Shown here piece after piece: positions 27,778 to 41,200 of a DNA stretch of 64,000 nt. The stretch spans positions 1 through 64,000 of the forward strand of contig JAUCBJ010003790.1 in assembly GCA_032718475.1 (NCBI GenBank), read 5' to 3'. Below the pieces are notes generated by a model. The model was not told the DNA's origin. It did no database searches and saw only the letters and a list, made by a program, of their open reading frames with translations. The position numbers and the translations under genes were made by a program. Numbering within the stretch: position 1 is the stretch's first letter; every line of letters begins with the position of its first letter. Source of the DNA: Nemertoderma westbladi (Eukaryota; Animalia; Xenacoelomorpha).

Positions 27778-30012
27778 TGTTAAACAACCGCGACACCTAT
27801 ACTAACAGCAGAACTGTTGGACAGACAAATACCCGTATACCTCTCTGCCAACGTAATGAGCTCTCGCCTAACCAATAAGACACAAAGACTGCTCTACTGT
27901 TAAGTAAAGGGGATCAGGAGTGTGCTATTACTGTATTACTAAATTGTAAGGGTTGCTAAATACAAAACCGCTACTTACCGTTGGATGGCGCTAATCTGCC
28001 GTCCGCTAATATATTTTACTAAATTTACACAGCTCCTGCAAAATCGCTTGTTCCTTTCTCTACCGATCGCTCGATAGAGAGCTAACTGTTCGAATCTATG
28101 AGCCACGCGGGAATAACCAAAACAATAAACCCGAGTCGGCTCCCTAAGCTTACTTAAGACGAGTGCGAGGGGCTTTGCACTCAGAGTATATTCTTACGCC
28201 TAATTTTACTACTGAAATACGCTAATGCCTACGTCTTTTCTAATCGCGAATACTGGGGGTTCCCTAACGGAATGTGTGAATGCGAGAATATTTAAAATAA
28301 TCAAAATGGTACAGTACAATGTCTTTCGTAGGTGATACCGCTCTGGGTCTAAACTTGCCTGCAGCTGGCTTTAGGCCAGCAACTCACTAGTGTCTTGCGT
28401 ACTGACTATTGCGATCTAGTTTATTACCCGCTAATGCAAATAACCGCTTAGCACTTAGCGTGAATAGTTTACAGTACTCTAATTATTACCTTAGCTACTC
28501 TCCGCTATGCTGCGTACTAATTCTTAATTTTTACTAATCAATTACAGTCACAAATATGTAACAGCGTACTAATTACTAAGAGTTCCAGAATGCGTAATTC
28601 TAATTTATTACGCAACAGGTTTCGCTAGTAATAGCCTAAATTGCCGTATTACTTTGACCTAATCAGTAACTAATTGTTGTAACTAAGAAATAGAAATCAA
28701 TCAAAAGGGAATGGGGCGCCTACCTAAGCATTCGTAATCATAGGCACACTTCAGTAACACACCAATCAGCGTCAGCAATCACAGATCACAATAGTACAAC
28801 TTGCAATTATACAATCTGCAATTATATAATTCGCAACATAATAATTCGCAATTGACTAATTCGCAATCTACTTACTCGCAACTTACTTACTGTAAGGTAT
28901 GCAGGCCCTTCCTAACTAACCCAATTCCTGCCCCCTAATACTAAATAGAGACAAAACCTGGATCATCAGCCCCCTAATTACTGTACCAGCGAGCTGCCCC
29001 CACGCTACAATGCAAATTGCCCGACCGCAACGGTGACCCCCCGCCAGCGTTGCCCGCTTTTGAATCCTCCGCTCTCCCTAGTCGCTCAACCCCCCGATGT
29101 GCCCACCGCCCACTGGCACCTTAGCCCTTCATTATGCTAATAGCTACCGTAGCGGCGCATGCAAATCACAAAGTCTGACAGTCTCAGAAATCCCTTAGGA
29201 TTATTGCGCAGAAAGGAATCACATAGAACCATTAATCAAAAGTAGAAATCATAGTTCAGTTGTAATTAGCAGTAATCGAAGGAATTAATTGAGAAACACA
29301 ATCGAGAGTAATCGCACTAGCAAATCATTCCAAGAAATTAATCAAAATTAGCAAATTGCAGAAAATACGCTAAAATATCCGTCAAAAATTGAATAGGGAC
29401 AGCTCAGCAAGTACAAAGATGATAGCAGATCATGTGAGGTGTCATGTGAGGCTCTACCGGCACACCGCCAATTTATAGGTGATCCGGATGGGGTGATGCA
29501 ATAGGGTGACTCAATCGCTTTCTTATTGGCTCTCCAGTCCGTGCTAGCACTAGACCAACCTGGAAGCAGCTAGTCCAATAAGGAGGCCGGATTGTAGCCC
29601 TATTTGCTCCCCTTCCTCGAATTATTACCATATATGGTAATGGTTCACGTCTCTGGCTGCTGAATGGCCAGGACAGCGTCCCTATATGCTAGCCCTACTA
29701 AAGCTAATATCAGCAAGCACGGAATCCAGGGTCCGAATAAACTTACCCTGGAACTATCTACATATAACCTAATACAAAATTACGTAGGTAGGGCTACATA
29801 CTATACAAAATGGATGGATTCAAATATATGGGTGTTTCGATTTCCCTATCTAAATACCACTGCGTTATTATGCCTTATCTAAAATATCATGCTGCACAAC
29901 GGACTAATATTACATACTGCATAACGGACTAATATTGCATACTGCATAACGGACTAATATTGCATACTGCATGATGACTAATATTATGGATACAGCGCCA
30001 TATACCGTAACA
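27778..30012 (-). repeat. 3' LTR (2235 bp)
   Basis: Direct repeat of 43573-45825 with TG...CA termini. Confidence 0.96.
29468..29641 (-). promoter_or_regulatory. Putative LTR U3 promoter: TATA (CCTATAAAT), CCAAT boxes and a CArG box in a perfect 18-bp palindrome; same motifs at about 45283-45454
   Basis: - strand TATAAAT at about 29471-29477, ATTGG/CCAAT at about 29526 and 29575, and ATTACCATATATGGTAAT at 29624-29641 containing CC(A/T)6GG. Function is inferred. Confidence 0.45.
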
Positions 30013-31301
30013 CCGCTCCAAGGGAAATCATACAATGTTTCCCTCCAATTGTAGAAGAGTATAAGGTGATGTATACTAAACACAATAAATTTCTTCCAAC
30101 CAATCTAAACACTTGATACTATAAATCCTACTATTTACAAATATTGCTATAGATATTGCATAATGAATTACATACAAATTAAATTTACAAATATTATCTC
30201 TCTCAATGTTTAACGATTATTACATACAAATTAAATTTACAAAATATTGTTTCTCGTTTGTTCTTACTACATAATGATTACTACATACAAAATTAAATTT
30301 ACAAAATATTACTTCCTTCGATTTATTTACAAATTAACAATTTACTTATTGAAATGGAACATGGCTAGGACAATGTCCCCCACTTCCCATCTCAAATTAA
30401 CGATCAACATTAACAAGATAAACTAAATATAAACGTATTTGAGGCTAAATTTTTAACTAAATTGCATTAAAGGCCGATAATCAAACTAAATATAAAATAC
30501 GTAATAATTTCTTTCATTTTCGGACTTTACTTAATTTCTTATAAAAAACGCAAATCATATTGGTTTGATGATTGCTCAGGTAAGTGAAAGGAGTAAGCCA
30601 AACCCGCGGGTTCGTCTCCCCAATCACTTCCTTTGCCTCTTTCAATAAACTTTAGAGCAAATAAAGTCATATACACAAAATCAAATATAATATAGGCTCA
30701 AAATCATATTTCCAACGGACTATAAAATAAGATTATTTCCTTTCAATATTTTTCGGCCTTCGAAAATAAAACTCTAAAATATGGATACGACTAGTGTATA
30801 TGAGTCCAGTCGAATGATTGATCAAAACCTACGATATGCATCAGAGCGACGATGATGTATATGTCTAGAGTTTGACGCTCCGTGATATTATAGTCTCATC
30901 GGCTAGCTCCTGGGTCTCTCGGGCTCGCTCCCTTCTCCAGATACACCAGTCTACCCCCTGTAGACTCTGTTGACGGCGTCCTTGAGGCGTCACTTCCCGG
31001 AACCGGCGACGACGTTCCCTGGGCACCGACTATCTCCTGACTGGTGCTCCTCCCTCGGCCTCGTCCCATTTGCCGTGTCCCTGTGGGCGCCTCCGCCAAC
31101 TCCTTTTCTTCAACCGTCGAATAGAACTGCTCGTCCTTGGCTTGACGCTTGCCAAGGACTCCTCCTTCTGGTACTTGCCGCGAGCTGTGAGCTCCGGCTG
31201 TTGTCTCTGTGGGCGCGGCGGTCCTGATCCTCCACTCGTTCAGAGGTCAATGACCCCAAACGAGTCTCCTTAGGCCGCCAATTGTGCGCTGGGTAATAAA
31301 T

Positions 31302-31964
31302 CTAGACGTATATATCAGAGCGACGATGATATATAAAGGATTGGACAAATTCGGGCTTAATAATGCGTTCGTCGAAACTTCCCGAAATAATTTGGAGTAA
31401 ATATCGTATAAATCGCGGATCGTGGGTATGGTTAGTAGACGGATGGACTGCGCGAATCTCGTCTGGATACTCAGGCGTGACCTTCCTTTCCTGGTGAAGC
31501 GAAGTGAACGTGGTCCAGGACCTCGAGTCCCGTGCCGCTTCGCGCCGCGCCTCTAGATCCTTATAGGCTCGGTATAGCGAAATGGCCGCCGCCGTGTCTA
31601 TCAAAGTGGGTGTCGAACAGGGTTTAATCTCCGTATACGGATCTAATGTCGTAACGGTCGGCGTAATGGGTCTCGGAGGTCGCTTTCCGCTGAAGTCGAT
31701 ACTGATCATCGGGTTGCTCATCGGGTAACCTCCCTCGTTATATCTAAGGAACTGGTGAGCTTGACAACGCGTTAATATCGGTTCTGGATGTTGCTCGTCT
31801 AGTCGGTCGGGAATCGTGGGTTTGTATTTCCCATTTAGCTCCATCACCGACCGCCCATGGTAGTAAACGTTCGAATCTTTACATCCCGGTCGCGCGAATG
31901 GTAACTCCGCCTCCTCTCCGGCAGTAAATCCTCTGCGCGGTTGCGCTCTAATATCCTTCTCCAT
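31302..31964 (-). CDS. Extra ORF (ORF3-like position) of the BEL element, unknown function
   Basis: 220-aa ORF with an ATG, same strand as pol, between integrase and the 3' LTR in GC-rich coding-like sequence. No signal peptide or TM segment seen. Confidence 0.55.
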   Translation of the reverse strand: MEKDIRAQPRRGFTAGEEAELPFARPGCKDSNVYYHGRSVMELNGKYKPTIPDRLDEQHPEPILTRCQAHQFLRYNEGGYPMSNPMISIDFSGKRPPRPITPTVTTLDPYTEIKPCSTPTLIDTAAAISLYRAYKDLEARREAARDSRSWTTFTSLHQERKVTPEYPDEIRAVHPSTNHTHDPRFIRYLLQIISGSFDERIIKPEFVQSFIYHRRSDIYV

Positions 31965-32720
31965 TATGCCCCGCGTATATACATATATATCCCAATAAGT
32001 GTTCCGTTACGCAAACCAATTACACTGTGGGTAATCAGTTAGATGTCGCCGAAGGACAGACCTCCCGAACCCCCCCCGCCTTCCAGCAGTTCAGGTTCGA
32101 CTCTCTAGATCCCGTCTCTTCCTAACTAACTATCCTCTAACCTATTCCCATGCATAGCGCAAAAACTTTGGAGATAAACTGGCCGTGACCAACTCACTTT
32201 TTGATGCCCAAACTACTCCCATTACTCGTACTAAACTACAGTAGTTAGAAAGGACCATAGCCACAATACTCGACTATACCAAACCCACAGGTTTGATAAT
32301 CGAACATCACACATCACTGCAAACTACTGAGTGGGGTCCATGTACGCCTCTGGTGCTACTAACCTTTAGCACCTTAGTTGCACTGTTGGCACCAATCTGT
32401 GGAAGTTGCTAAACTCAATTTACACTCCTACGTAATATAGCCGTCACCATGGTTTCTAAATGCTATTTTCCAGGCTTCACGACTTTTCAAATTACTGTTA
32501 TCTATAGACGAATTCTAAAACGCGTCTATACACAGCGTCTGGAATTGTCTTGGGTTCACTTTTCTAATTTTAAAATTTTTAATTTTCCAAAATTTTTGAA
32601 AATAAAATTTTGTTTTGATACCCACTAGACAAACTCAACGCAAATCACCACAACCCCGCTCCTATGCATTTCCTTGTATTTGCATACGAGGAATGCATAC
32701 GAAGTGAGTTGCGTCTAACA

Positions 32721-33787
32721 CTAATTCTGTTTTGAGGCAGGAGACAAATTATAATCTCCCGTCTCGATACGTGTCTCCTCTAATAACACGATATCTTGGA
32801 CCGGTCGGTCCAAGGTGTGTAAACCATTAGTTTTACACTTTTTTGGGTGCGGACACTTGCACCTAATTTTCACAGTGACTGTGCGCACTATGTCTTGCAC
32901 GTCTGGGTGTGTGTGCAAGATCACTCCCGTCTCCCAATACTTTCTCTTGACAATCGGTTCGGTTATCAAGACGTAATCTCCCCTTTGGAGACTCCGAACC
33001 GTTTTGTACCACTTTGTTCTGGTAGATATGGTGGGAAGATAGTATTCCCGCCAATATTCCCAGAATGTGTACGCTACTAATTGAGTTACTTTCCAGCTTT
33101 TACGACTATATAGGTCGGCACTAATGGGTTCTGATGCCGGCACAAGAAATGCTGGACTCTGCATTAGCAAATGATTCGGCGTTAATGCAACACCGTCTGG
33201 CAACATAGCTATCGGCCTCGAGTTTAGGGTATGCTCGATTTCAATGAAAGCTGTGACCAGTTCGTCGTCGGTAAGTTGTTTATTTACAGGCAATGTTTTG
33301 GCAATGGCCTGCTTCACAGAGCGAACTAAACGCTCCCAACTTCCTCCTCTCCAAGGACTTTCTGGAGTATTGAATCTCCATTCTACTCGTTGCGGCAAAA
33401 GTGCTGCAGAAATTTCCTTATTCTGTGCCGCTTTATGAGCCGCGTTCAACTCGCTATTCCCTCCGACAAAGTTTGTACCCTTATCGGAGTAGAACGCCTT
33501 TACTAGTCCTCTCCTGGCCATAAATCTCTTCAAGGCCAGGAGCAGAGATTTGGTCGACATGTCTGCCACACGCTCGATGTGTATGGCTCTACTAGCCATG
33601 CATGTCAGTAGCAGACCCCATCGCTTGTGGGTCAGCCGTCCACTCTTTGCCTCAATCGGACCAAAACAATCCACCCCTGTGTTCGTAAAGGGTGGGTCAT
33701 ATGCCTGCACTCTCGCTTCCGGGAGTTCAGCCATCTCCTGTTCCAATACTCTGGCGTTCACCCTTTTGCAAACCAGACAGGCGTCAT
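32721..33787 (-). pseudogene. BEL/Pao integrase core (C-terminal part of gag-pol)
   Basis: PFTNTGVDCFGP, SRAIHIE, FYSDKGTNFVG, PWRGGSWERLVRSVK, LNSRP, LTPNHLL, FWEYWREYYL. Joins the upstream ORF in frame once the nested insertion is removed (TMYDACLVCKR). Confidence 0.93.
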
Positions 33788-35213
33788 CCCTGTTGAAAAT
33801 TCATAGTACATTTCCTAAGATTTGCAAGTTCCTTGCTATCAGTTTATTACACTTGTCAAAATATGTTTAGTAACAAAAATTTGGTAAACTTAATAGAGCA
33901 TGTAAGTTATTTCTTTAGTTTTAATAAATATTGCAAGTGTTACTTTGCTCTCTTATATTTTGCAGGTACTTGCCATGTTCCTGCAAAGTATTGCATATAT
34001 GCAGATGTAGGCTTACTGCAGTACTGTTAGTTGTTGGGCAAGCTTGTACTTGCCTGAGTCTAGGCATAACAATGTCACTGTATTACATACAACAGTTCAG
34101 TAGTTTCAGTGGGGCCTGCCAGTTGTCAGGTCTGAATGCAGCTATCCCAGGTAGCCCATGACGACCACGAAAGAAATTAAACGTTCATATTTGGTACTTT
34201 TTTCCTGCGAATCTGAATCCGAATCTGAATCTTTAATATAGGTAAAAAATGCTGACGTTGTAATTTAACGTCATAACTGGATCAAAATTGAATAAGAACC
34301 AAAACAAACGAATATTTAGCATTCCTATTACATTATTCAGTTTTGCGTTCATTTTTGGTGATTTAATGAGTGATTCCTCTGCTTACCAAAGCTGCTATGT
34401 TGGAAAGAAATAAGATAAGAAAATAATGAAGAAAGAAAGCCGAAAAATTTTGTTTTGTTTAAACCAAATACTATTAAATTATGTTGAGATAAAGCAGATA
34501 TATATGCGTTGGAATGTTCAAGCTATTAATATCGCAAGATAGATTTTTTTAATCGCAAAACATTATTTTTAAATTTTACAGTTTTCTTATGCTTCAATTG
34601 CTTTTGTGTATTATTTATATTTTTGAATAGATATAAAATGTCAAATGACCTATTACAAGGTCTTAACGTGAATAAATTGTCGTAGATTTATCAATATGAA
34701 TATTCTATTTAGTCTGAAAATAAGATAAATTATATTAATCTAACTAATCGTTTAAGAATATGTGGGGCATCACCAAAATATATCAAGGATACTCTCATAT
34801 CACTATGGATTAAATATTTTCATATATATTCTGCTGTTTCCTGTTCTAAATGTATAGGGTATTGTAGGTGTAGGCCTGTAGAATGTAGGGTGTAGGGATT
34901 AGGGATTGGATAAGGTACCCCCCCCCCCCCCCCCCCCCCTCCCATCTACACAGAACATGCACAGACAGTGCAGTGATTGGTCAGTCTCACGTTTGAGTTA
35001 TATATTATAATTTACAGTGATAAATTTATAATTACTTTCTATTTACATGACATACCGTTTACAATTACCAAGTGCCTAATTAAAACTTTACATTCATAGA
35101 AAGATTTGGCTTATTAAGTGATATACTTTACATATCTTGGCAAGTACTTGTTAAGAAGATAGCAAGTAGACTTTACAAGTACTTAGTATGTGTAGCAGGG
35201 ATTTTCAACAGGG
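33788..35213. mobile_element. Non-autonomous TIR DNA transposon (EnSpm/CACTA-like) nested in pol
   Basis: Perfect 13-bp TIR CCCTGTTGAAAAT...ATTTTCAACAGGG, imperfect ~100-bp subterminal inverted repeats and a 2-bp TSD AT. No transposase ORF. Superfamily inferred from the CCC ends and 2-bp TSD. Confidence 0.85.
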
Positions 35214-38200
35214 ATACATGGTGCCGACTGCCCTGCTTGGCTGCAATAGAATGAATCGCTGTCTCGCTGCCGACAGACAGTGTAACTTTCCCGCGTGATG
35301 CAACCTCTTGTGTATATCCCATAGAATCGCTCTTTGCAATTCTATCGGGTAACTAGGGATTATCACTGGGAACCGAAACTGTGAGTTTATGTCGACAGTC
35401 TGGATTCTCGATCTATGACAAATCAAACCCTTATGGATTAATGGACTCCATTTTCTAAGGGGTTTATAGAGAACTGGTCGTTGAGCCGATAATAGATGGA
35501 ATTCTTTCGGGAAGGCACACATTTGATAATGTTTCAAATGCTTTAATTCCGCTTGATCAATCTCATCCTCTGTCAGAGGTTGTTTCAATTTCCGAATTCG
35601 CTCACTATTGGTGCTCAATGGTTCTCTCGAATGTTTCGAATGTTTTAAACAAAGGTACAAAATGTATCGGCTTAACCACGCAGTTCTTTTACAAATTGTC
35701 AGCCAAGAGGCAGACGAATTTAGTAATTTGTCATAAACACTGCATGACTCTAATGCCAGCGACGGTTGTCCGCTAACTAATGGAAGTTTCGAATCCAAAC
35801 CCGCAGGTTTGGAAACCAAAGGCTCCATTTTGTCGGTCATTTTCTGTCCGTCACTTACCAACTGTGACTGTCGTCTAGTCTGTAAGGGTGGTTTTACGTC
35901 ATAACTTACCCTTCCGGACCTAGTAGTCACGTAAGTCTGTTGGTCTGACAGGTCTCCGGGCCGCTCCAATGACTCTTCAGGCCGCTCCAATGACTCTTCA
36001 GGCCGCTCCAATGACTTAAGTTTGGCTTTAGACTTTGACTTAGAGACTTTCTCCACCTTGACTTCTGCATCTTCGGGCATCGGATTGGTCACTATCTTCA
36101 GTCGCTCCGGCCAAAGTCGCTCCTGCGACTCTTCCTGACAGAATTCCGCCGGCATTGCACCTCTCGAAGTTATGTCGGCCGGGTTCAACACTCCCGGACA
36201 ATGTCTCCATTGTTCCTTCATCGAAAAATCAACGATCTGAGCGTGTCTGTTGGCCACAAATGTCTTTAGTGCAATATTGTCGGCCGCAATGTATACTAAC
36301 ACCAAGGATGCGTCCGTCCAATAGAATAAGGTCAATGTCGTGTCTAACTCCTCTGTTATCTGCTTACTTACCTCGACCGAAACTACAGCCGCCTGTAACT
36401 CTGCACGAGGGACAGTCATGTATTTGACCGGCATTGTCTTTGACCTAGAAGTCACAAAGGCCGTCTCAAACTTGTCCTGACTTACCTCTCGGCGAAGGTA
36501 GGCTACCATACCAAAGCCGGTGTCACTTGCGTCACTGAATAAGTGGAGTTCGAGATCAGCTGGAAATACCAGCTGATTCGGAAAGTAGGATCGGGGTACA
36601 TCTATATTTTTCAATAGATGCAACTCGGCTTCCCACTCCCTCCACTGTTTTGCATGTATAGGAGATATTGGTTCGTCCCACTCTAAGTCGGACAACCAAA
36701 TTTTCCTCATGCACGCTCGTGCCTGTAATATAACCGGACTGATAAAGTTCATCGGGTCAAATAGTCTACTCAATGTCGATAAGCAAATCCTCTTAGTCAA
36801 AACTTTGTCTGGGCTACTGGGCTCAAATCTAACTCTTACCTGGAACTTGTCTGAGTTCGGGTTCCAAGCGAGTCCCAGTACTCGCGCCATGGGGATTGGT
36901 TCTACCCCCAATTCTATGTCTCCGCTCCCGCGATCTTTTACCGGGAACGATTCTAATAGGGCCTCCGAATTAGTAGTGAACTTGGTCAGAGGAAAACCCC
37001 CTGTAGCCAAGCACTCTTGCAGGCCGTGAGCCACTTCTATGGCTTGTTCCGCCGTGTCCTTGGACACCAATCCGTCGTCCATATAGAAGTTTCTCAAGAT
37101 GGACTCGATTACTTCTACTGGGTACTTACCAATCTGGGCTGTTGCCGTTTTCTTTAGAACAAACAGCGTGCCGTTTGGACTATCGCGAGCGCCAAATATC
37201 CTTACGTACATCTGGTATGTAACCACTGGGCCGGATAAGTCTTCATTCTCATACCAGAGAAATCGAAGGCTATCCTGGTCTGCCTTACAGGCTCTTACCT
37301 GGTGGAACATCGCCTCGATGTCACAAGTAAATGCGAATCGCCGCTGTCTAAAACGCAACAGTATTCCTATCAAATAATTGTTCAGGTTGGGACCATCCAT
37401 CAACTCTGAATTCAGGGACATACCTCTATAGACTGCTGCGCAGTCGTTGACTACTCGGACTTTGTCAGGTTTGTCAGGGTGAGTCACATAGTGGTGTGGA
37501 AGGTAATAAGTCTGGTCTGTCACTAAGTCAGGGTCCTCTACCTTCCCAGCAAATCCCTTGGCGAAATAGTTGTTGATCTGGGCGCAATACTTCTCCCTAA
37601 TGTCCGGATTCTTTAACAACCGAGCCCTTACTCCGTTTAATCTTTTCAAGGCTAAGTTGTAGTTGTTCTCCAACTTAGGTGGTTGTCGACGCCACAACAT
37701 TCCAACTTCAAAATGTCCAGTCGGTAGCAGACGTATGGTGTCTTCCATCATCTCCAGCGACCGCTTCTCATCAGTAGACATGGCTAGGTCATATCCACCG
37801 GGTTCCATTGCGTCCCTATCCAGCCATTCGACGGTTCTGGCTCCTGTCTCGAGGTCCTGGCGTATCAATTCCTTCTGTAATTCCTCCTCACTGTATTGGA
37901 AAATGTCTAGGTCTCGATATTTAGCCACTTGACCCTCCACTATGTCGGTATAAGTCAAAACGTTAGTCAAATAGGTAGCGTGGGCCGCTGAACCAGACCC
38001 ACGGGTCTGATAACAGTAGTCCTCGGGTTCACTATCTGTCCGGTCGTTGTGAAGTGGTTCCGACAACCTAACATTATCGGGAATCAACTCCTCGTCCGAC
38101 TCGCTAAAGTCACTATAGTGGTCAATACAGGTTCTCCTAAACTCGTCTATGTCTGGTGGTTCTACTAACGGTGGTTGAGTTATAGGCTGTAATTCGTCGT

Positions 38201-41200
38201 ATCTGTTTATTGGCTTGTCGCCACCTGTAAACTCATAAGACATGGGTACTCTTGTATACCAACCTAGTATGGTCCTATGGGCATGTGGTCCATTGACATG
38301 CGGTTCAGCTGGTCTCGTTTCCCATATCTGGTGTGCGATCAGCTGTTCTGCACCAATCAACATAGAAACATTCCTATAACCTACCTGGTGTCTGGGTATC
38401 CTGAGCTTGTCAAAATACTCCTGTGCTATGGGACTCATCGGCGGCACCTTACCTAACTGCCTGCCGAATCCCTTCATAGCTAGACACTTAAATCCGTCCA
38501 ATGGCAAAGCTTTCCGTTCTTGTCGAGTATGTTGGTCTCTCGGAAGTAGGGAATCTAGTTCTACCGAAATTCTGTGTCCCTTGAGGTCTCCTACCCCGTG
38601 CATAGACTTCAACTCTATTTGGATCTCCTCGGCGTCCTGGAAGCTAGAAACAGCTCTCGCCACTTCCTCGTCGATATAGGATAATGTGGACGCAGTGTCC
38701 AACATCACATATATTCGCTTCGATCCCTTATCGCCAGTGAGTTTCACCGGAATCACGCTAAATATTTCCGACGTAGCCGATGATAAATACGTCCGCGCGC
38801 TGGTCGATGAACTATCCGCGGTGAAACCTTGGCAGGTCACTTCTCTCGCGCTCGACTCGCCATCCTCGTCCGACGAACCTGGTTGGTAACCATCGTCCTG
38901 AATGCCAGTGTACGTATTCCTCCTTATCGATACGGGTTCTTTGCTCCCCTTCCTGTGAGGATTTCGCTGTAAGTAACGGTCCGTTGGGGTATGGAAATCC
39001 GCATGTAGCAACTTGTGATGTAGTCTGCCGCATTCCATGCATCCGTCCTTGCTGTTCGGGCACTGCCGCCGTACATGGCCTGGCGCAAGACATGCCCAAC
39101 AGGTGTCCAACGTCCGCACTTGAACTCTTCTCTGTTCCGAATTTAATTCTTTGAACCGTCTGCAACTATCTAACTTATGGTCGTCAGATCTTACCTCCTT
39201 TAGTAAACAGTATTGGCAACCTACAAATCCATCCGGCAACTCCTGTTGCTTTAACCTAGGTCTATCTAACCGCTCACCTGACCATACTCGCGAGTCTGAT
39301 CTAAAGGCTGGGATACTCGAATTATATCTGTCTACTGAGTTAAATGTCACAGTGGTCCTGTCATCGTCAAAACTTACCATAGACTTACCGGTAACAGGTT
39401 TAGACTCCCTCATATTCTCTTCTGAGAAGTTTGATTTCATCTCTGCTACTGCGTCTGTGGCTATCATGTCATGAATATGCTGAAGTGTCAATACTTTACC
39501 TTGGCCCTCCAACTTATTCTCTAATTTGCGCCATTTCTGTCGGTAACGCATGTTTAAACGTCTTATTACGCTCTTTAAAACTTCGGCGTGATCACCATGA
39601 TGAGGTAGATTCACCGTCCTCAAGATGTCCAATGCGTTCGAAATAGCGTTCGCTAAGTTCAACAGCTCTAACGGAGTTGTAATCCTTCCGCCCTTACCCA
39701 AGTCTTCTACTATCGACTGCGCCATCTTGGTTTTATTCCCGTAGATGTCACTAAGCGTCTTCATCGCTAACTCGAATGCCCTTTCATTGCCGACGAAGTT
39801 ATCAGCAATGGCTCTAGGTTCTCGATGGAGCATCTGAAGCAAATAGTTGAACTTCTCGTTGGGAGTAAAGGTGCTGTTGGTTAGCTGCTCGTCGACATAG
39901 GTTTTAAAGGTCCTCCAGTGCTTATGGTTGCCCATAAACTTCTGGGGTTGTTGCGTCGGCAGTCCTTGCCTAGCAGCAAACTTACCTATGTCCCTAAGGG
40001 TTGCGTCGTTCCGGGTTAACAAATGGTTTAGTTCCGCAGGGTTGTTAAGTCTGGTCCTTTCCCGGTGGTTCCAACTTACCTGCTCCGCGTCCGTCCTTCT
40101 TTCCTTATAGTTTCGGGACTTCTGACGTCTCATTTCTTCCTCTTCATCGCTTGACTCGGTGTCAGTCCTTAGCGCTCGCGATGGTTTGCGCGCCGAGGCC
40201 CTGATCCAAGCCTCCTCAATAAATTTCTCGGCCGAATTTTCGAAGTTGGGATTATGAATATTCGGGACAGGCGTCCTTACCTGAGGTCTATGTGGTATAG
40301 TCTCCTCCGATATGCGTACTCGTTGACTAGGCTGGACTTTATCTAACTCAGGCCTGCTAGGATTAGAATTACTTCTTACCTGGGCTGCTTCCTTTAACCG
40401 TAGGTTGCTAAGCATGTCCGTTATAGGTTGGATGTGTGGCGATATAGCTTGCGCTAAACTAGCACTTAACTCATCCCTCGTAATAAATTCCTGGCTAGGG
40501 TTCTGTTGTATAGTCGGCTCTATCTGAGTAATCCGCTGTCTCTCATATGATCCCTCTTCCGGTTTAACCCGGAAGTTCTCCGTCGAACTGGGTCGGCGCT
40601 CCGTCCGCGTATTCCAAACCCGCGGGTTCGGTTCGCCAAGTACTCGTCCCGTCGGAGTTTCTTCTCTAAATTCTCCATTGTCTCGTTCGGTATACAGTGG
40701 TGCGGTGTTCCGATGACGTAGATTCTGCGCGATGGGTGAAGCACTAATACCAACTGGCGTGCGATATGTAGAGAATGGTTTAGCGATCCGTGTACTCGTA
40801 ATAGCTGGACCGGGTATAGGAATTCTGGTCGTCGTCGACTCGCGTATAGTCGGAGTTCTCGCTTCCTGTTCGGCCTTCTGCAGTGCGAACAGTTCTCGCA
40901 ACTCGGTCCCTACACTCGCCCCACATTCTTCGATCATTCGCATCCCCTTCTCGGCGATTTCGTTCGCCTTCCTAGTCCGTTCTTCGCTCTCTAAACTTAA
41001 TCTCGCACTTTCCAACTGCGCCAGTTTACGTTCTTCTTCTTCCCTCGCTCGTCTCGCTGCGCTCTCTTCTTCCACACGCGCCTTTTCTTCATACAACGCT
41101 TGTCGCTCTTTCTCGATCTCGAGTTCGCGTTCCTTACGTTCGCGTTCAAGTTGGAATTCGCGTTTCTTCGCTTCCCGTTCGCGTTCAAGTCGGAGTTCGC

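Noticed and set aside
29664-29882. Identical 72-aa ORFs at 29664 and 45477
   Set aside because: Duplicated only because they lie in the LTRs; short, with no recognisable domain.
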